NCBI GenBank assembly: GCA_964650465.1
Contig: CAZYTA010000011.1
Coordinates: forward strand, 562 to 64,561
Origin: an uncultured Oscillospiraceae bacterium
GTDB taxonomy: Bacteria > Bacillota > Clostridia > Oscillospirales > SIG627
Reading direction: 5' to 3'
DNA length: 64,000 bases
Within the stretch, counting starts at the first letter, position 1. Each line of letters starts with the position of its first letter. Both the position numbers and the translations under genes were made by a program. The notes beneath the pieces were generated by a model that made no database searches, had not been told where the DNA came from, and saw nothing but the letters and a program-made list of their open reading frames with translations. Below are positions 57,884 through 64,000 of this stretch, piece by piece.

Positions 57884-59287
57884 TTACTCCTCAATACTTA
57901 CAACATCGTAACCGAGATAATATTTGAATGCCTCTTCAAGAATTGCCTTTACATGGCCGTTTGAAACGGTGGTATGATGCTTGAAGCCGCCGCGTGCAAG
58001 CTTGATAAGCTTATTCTGAAGATTTTCTATTCTTGCAACTCCTCCGCATCCGAAGAATTCCTTTTCAATTTCATCGGGAGTGAATTCACCTTCGCTGAAG
58101 TAAATTGTTATCTTACCGTTTTCCGTCTTACAGTTGGAATATGTCATGGGGAAAGAGCCGATACGTCCCTCGTTTGTACCCCATCCGCTTCCGGGGTCAC
58201 CCTTGTCAAACATCTTGTGAGATGTAACTGTACCTTTTGCCGCCATCAGCTTTTGCGCAGTTGAGCCGCAATGGAAAAGTATTACCTTATCCGGGTCATC
58301 TCCGTAGTTGTTGTTCCAGTCAAGACAAGCAGAGGGACCTTGTGTTGCAAGAGAAAGTGCACGCATTGTTATTGCCGAGCACATATCTATTTCACAGGAG
58401 GCAGTAATTCCTCTGTCGTTTAACTCCGAAATGAGAACACAGGGACATACTCTGAGATATGTTTCCATTTCATTCCAGCATCTAAGTGATATTGCGTCAA
58501 GGTGATACGCTTCAATGTATTCATCTATGACAACACTTATCTTTGCAAGCATATTCTTCTTGTCATCGGGAACTCTTGAAAAGTCTGTATATGCTTCCAA
58601 AGTCTTTTTCTTTTCGATGACCTTGATATCGCTGTCATCCTTGCTTCTTACAAACTCAATCAGCTCGGAAAGGTCAAAGCTTTCTACATTTATACCGTGT
58701 CTTTGCATTGTAAGCTCGTCAAAGCGGACAGTCTTAAAGGCTGTTGTTCTCGCTCCGATACAGCCTATAGTAAATCTCTTCATTCCGTTTACTACTCTGC
58801 AAATTGATGCAAAATCGTGAAGATTTTGTGTAAAAGCGGGTGAGAGAGGATGTACAACATGGGGCTTCATAACAGTGTAGGGAATTCTGTATTGCTCAAA
58901 TACGTCTGTAACAGAAAATTTTCCGCAGAAGGCATCTCTTCTGTGCTGAAAGTCCATTTTGCCTATCTCATCGGGATATGCTTGCATGAGGATTGGAACC
59001 CCTGCATCCTGAAGGGCTGTAACAGCGCCGTTTTCGTCAACAAATATGGGCATACAAAGAATAACGCCGTCATATTCGCCCTCATGAGATTTAAGCCATT
59101 TTGCATAGGCTCTTCCTTCGTCTCTTGTCTCAACAGCTCCGTAGCGTGTTGCATCCTTGTCCATCATTATGTAATCGTAGCCTGCGTCGGTCACAGCTTT
59201 TACCATATCCTCGCGGGCACCTTCAATAAGCTCTGCGGGCATAAAGCCGCGGTTTCCGAAATATAATGCAAAAGTTTGCTTCTTCAT
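57884..59287 (-). CDS. L-fucose / L-arabinose isomerase-family protein (467 aa)
   Basis: Size, N-terminal pattern (FALYFGNRGFMPAELI...) and operon context with a kinase and an aldolase. The family call is from recollection of FucI-like short isomerases. Confidence 0.7.
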   Translation of the reverse strand: MKKQTFALYFGNRGFMPAELIEGAREDMVKAVTDAGYDYIMMDKDATRYGAVETRDEGRAYAKWLKSHEGEYDGVILCMPIFVDENGAVTALQDAGVPILMQAYPDEIGKMDFQHRRDAFCGKFSVTDVFEQYRIPYTVMKPHVVHPLSPAFTQNLHDFASICRVVNGMKRFTIGCIGARTTAFKTVRFDELTMQRHGINVESFDLSELIEFVRSKDDSDIKVIEKKKTLEAYTDFSRVPDDKKNMLAKISVVIDEYIEAYHLDAISLRCWNEMETYLRVCPCVLISELNDRGITASCEIDMCSAITMRALSLATQGPSACLDWNNNYGDDPDKVILFHCGSTAQKLMAAKGTVTSHKMFDKGDPGSGWGTNEGRIGSFPMTYSNCKTENGKITIYFSEGEFTPDEIEKEFFGCGGVARIENLQNKLIKLARGGFKHHTTVSNGHVKAILEEAFKYYLGYDVVSIEE

Positions 59288-59399
59288 AAATATCCTCCAA
59301 ATTATTTTTTACATCTTGATTATATTTCTTTTTGTGATATAATGATAGTTAAATATGTGTGAAAACTTGTAAATTTGTACAAAAATTTGGGATGATTTT

Positions 59400-60233
59400 A
59401 TGGAACTTAGAATTAATTTTGAAAGGCTTGATGAGATACTTAGGGCATTTTTTTCAATAACCGGTATAAAGATTATTATCTTTGATGAAAAAAGAAATAT
59501 TATAAGCGCGTATCCCCGTCATGACTGCTCCTTTTGTACCAAGATAAAGAGCTTTCCCGCAACAGCGGAAAAATGTCTTTTAAATGATGTTGGGATATTT
59601 AACGAGTGCAAAAAGAAGGGTAAGCTTATTTTGTATACCTGCCATGCAGGACTTGTTGAGGGGTGCGCTCCAATTATTGCCGCCGGAACTGTTGTGGGGT
59701 ATATTATGTTTGGACAGATATCCGATTTGCCGTCAAGAGAGGTTCTTTTACAGAATATTGAGGATGTCTGCCGTTCAAACAGTCTTAGTGTGAGCGAATT
59801 CACCAAGGTGGCAAAATCTATAAAGCTCAAGAGTTATGACACTATCATGGCATCGGCTAAAATATTTGAAGCCTGTGTCAGCTATATCGTTCTCAACGAA
59901 ATGCTTTTGCCAAAGCAGGACAAAACCATGTTGGAATGTGAAAGGTACATTTCGGAAAACCTTGCAACAGTGAGCGTTGATGTACTGTGTGAGCATCTGG
60001 ACATGAGCAGAACGGCACTATATGAGCTGTTTAAGCTAAAGACAGGGCAGGGGGTATCGCATTACATTAGAGGAAAACAGCTTGAGGAAGCAAAAACACT
60101 GCTTACTCAAACCGATATGACGGTTAGTGCAGTCTCGGAAATGTGCGGCTTTTCCGATTACAATTACTTCAGCCGAGTTTTTAAAAAGACATACGGATAT
60201 TCGGCAAGCTCTGTGAGAAAAAATAAAATTTAA
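59400..60233 (+). CDS. AraC-family regulator with N-terminal PocR-like sensor domain
   Basis: The N-terminus has a Cys-rich PocR pattern (HDCSFCTKIK...CLLND...YTCHAGLVEGCAPI...GYIMFGQI). C-terminal HTH pair (VSEMCGFSDYNYFSRVFKKTYGYSAS). Confidence 0.8.
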   Translation: MELRINFERLDEILRAFFSITGIKIIIFDEKRNIISAYPRHDCSFCTKIKSFPATAEKCLLNDVGIFNECKKKGKLILYTCHAGLVEGCAPIIAAGTVVGYIMFGQISDLPSREVLLQNIEDVCRSNSLSVSEFTKVAKSIKLKSYDTIMASAKIFEACVSYIVLNEMLLPKQDKTMLECERYISENLATVSVDVLCEHLDMSRTALYELFKLKTGQGVSHYIRGKQLEEAKTLLTQTDMTVSAVSEMCGFSDYNYFSRVFKKTYGYSASSVRKNKI

Positions 60234-60372
60234 AATTTTTGTGCGTGATTTTTTCGGAATTTTGTGATATAATTATACTACAGCAAACGCTGTCACGGGA
60301 GTGATTTAGCAATATGCATTTCGCTCAAACATCTCTCTGTATAAAAGGCAAATTGCCAAAGGAGGTGTTAGT

Positions 60373-60621
60373 GTGAAAAGAATAAGATCTGCGTGCATTC
60401 TTCAAACATTGGTCTTTTCTCAAAAGCCTGAAATGGGCTATGGCAGAGACTATTCCGAAAAGCTCAATCGTGAAGAATATGAGAATTACAAGGCAAAGCT
60501 CAGTAAGACCCAAACCCGTCATCAGATAATCAGCGAAGCTGTCGAGAATGACGGCTCCATTGTTGTACGCATCAGAAAGCAGTACAATGATTCGGCGGAT
60601 GTGTCGGAGTATTTCGAGTAA
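60373..60621 (+). CDS. Small hypothetical protein (82 aa)
   Basis: GTG start 7 nt after a strong aaggagg. An extended -10 (TGaTATAAT) lies about 100 nt upstream and terminator hairpins follow. No family name recognised. Confidence 0.55.
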   Translation: MKRIRSACILQTLVFSQKPEMGYGRDYSEKLNREEYENYKAKLSKTQTRHQIISEAVENDGSIVVRIRKQYNDSADVSEYFE

Positions 60622-60685
60622 AGAGCGGCAAGCGCCGCAAGAATTACCCTCACGGTGTAATAATTACGCTTACTTGGACTGCATA

Positions 60686-60724
60686 AAAATATTGGCGTAC
60701 CCGAAAAGGTACGCCAATATTTTT
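60686..60724. terminator. Bidirectional hairpin
   Basis: aaaatattggcgtacc-cgaaaa-ggtacgccaatatttt. Confidence 0.75.
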
Positions 60725-60733
60725 GGTATAAGA

Positions 60734-60764
60734 AAACGGTGTCGGCTTTTGACCGACACCGTTT
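60734..60764 (-). terminator. groEL intrinsic terminator
   Basis: The minus strand reads aaacggtgtcgg-tcaaaag-ccgacaccgtttt followed by ctt. Confidence 0.75.
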
Positions 60765-60770
60765 AACTCT

Positions 60771-62405
<1,635 letters not shown>

Positions 62406-62416
62406 TTACCTCCGAA

Positions 62417-62713
<297 letters not shown>

Positions 62714-62747
62714 CTATATTCTGTTAAATATTTTACTTTTAAAAGTT

Positions 62748-62774
62748 TTAGCACTCATTTGGTTTGAGTGCTAA
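62748..62774. promoter_or_regulatory. CIRCE operator (HrcA binding site)
   Basis: TTAGCACTC-atttggttt-GAGTGCTAA is a perfect match to the consensus, 47 nt upstream of the groES start. Confidence 0.95.
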
Positions 62775-62785
62775 CCACAGTTATT

Positions 62786-62813
62786 ATTTTACACATATTG
62801 GAATAAAAATCAA
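62786..62813 (-). promoter_or_regulatory. Candidate sigma-A promoter for groES-groEL
   Basis: The minus strand reads TTGATT, 16 nt, TAAAAT, immediately upstream of CIRCE. Confidence 0.4.
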
Positions 62814-62846
62814 GTGTTTTTATCAATGTTCACACTTAATTAACAT

Positions 62847-64000
<1,154 letters not shown>

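Overview
This 64 kb window looks like ordinary chromosome from a low-GC, endospore-forming Firmicute. The gene content resembles gut Clostridia of the Oscillospiraceae/Ruminococcaceae type, but that taxon call is inference only. I support about 54 protein-coding genes. I see no rRNA or tRNA genes, no CRISPR array, and no transposase, integrase or phage genes.

Gene content falls into three groups:
- **Sporulation and envelope genes:** spoIVA, a lone GerA/SpoVAF-type gene, a SpoIID-domain protein, a SpoVB/MurJ-type flippase, a SigH-like sigma factor, a DD-carboxypeptidase and comEC.
- **Housekeeping genes:** nrdR, yajC, rlmB, birA-bioY, groES-groEL with a perfect CIRCE operator, and the 3' part of ligA.
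- **Cytoplasmic carbohydrate-catabolic modules under DeoR or AraC control:**
  - kdgK-eda and a GH2 beta-galactosidase.
  - A Gfo/Idh/MocA oxidoreductase with three xylose-isomerase-like TIM barrels.
  - A DUF5107 / GH-like / FAD-oxidoreductase locus.
  - A FucI-like isomerase, FGGY kinase and class II aldolase operon.
  - Two mosaic paralogues of an uncharacterised ~711-aa enzyme flanking a DeoR-SIS pair.

The signals that ordinary annotation does not explain are:
1. **An interspersed intergenic repeat of about 100-107 nt.** It has conserved ATAGG boxes, a CTCGCC/GGCGAG pairing and a covarying terminator hairpin. It occurs at at least seven loci, including a near-perfect 2.4-copy tandem array with a 107-nt period and an inverted pair. 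Copies lie almost always in 3' regions and start directly on the T-tract of a preceding terminator.
2. **A 5'-truncated SigG-type sigma factor ORF** (regions 2.4 to 4 only) with no N-terminal half in the window.
3. **Several apparent 'dead-enzyme' homologues:**
   - A P1B-type ATPase-like membrane protein lacking DKTGT, TGDN and GDGxND.
   - An LCP-like protein.
   - A ComEC without the metallo-beta-lactamase His motif.
   - An M24-fold protein with degraded metal ligands.
   - A PfkB kinase with GAGN in place of GAGD.

I found no recognisable defence, toxin-antitoxin or mobile system. All functional calls come from motif recognition by eye and need database confirmation.
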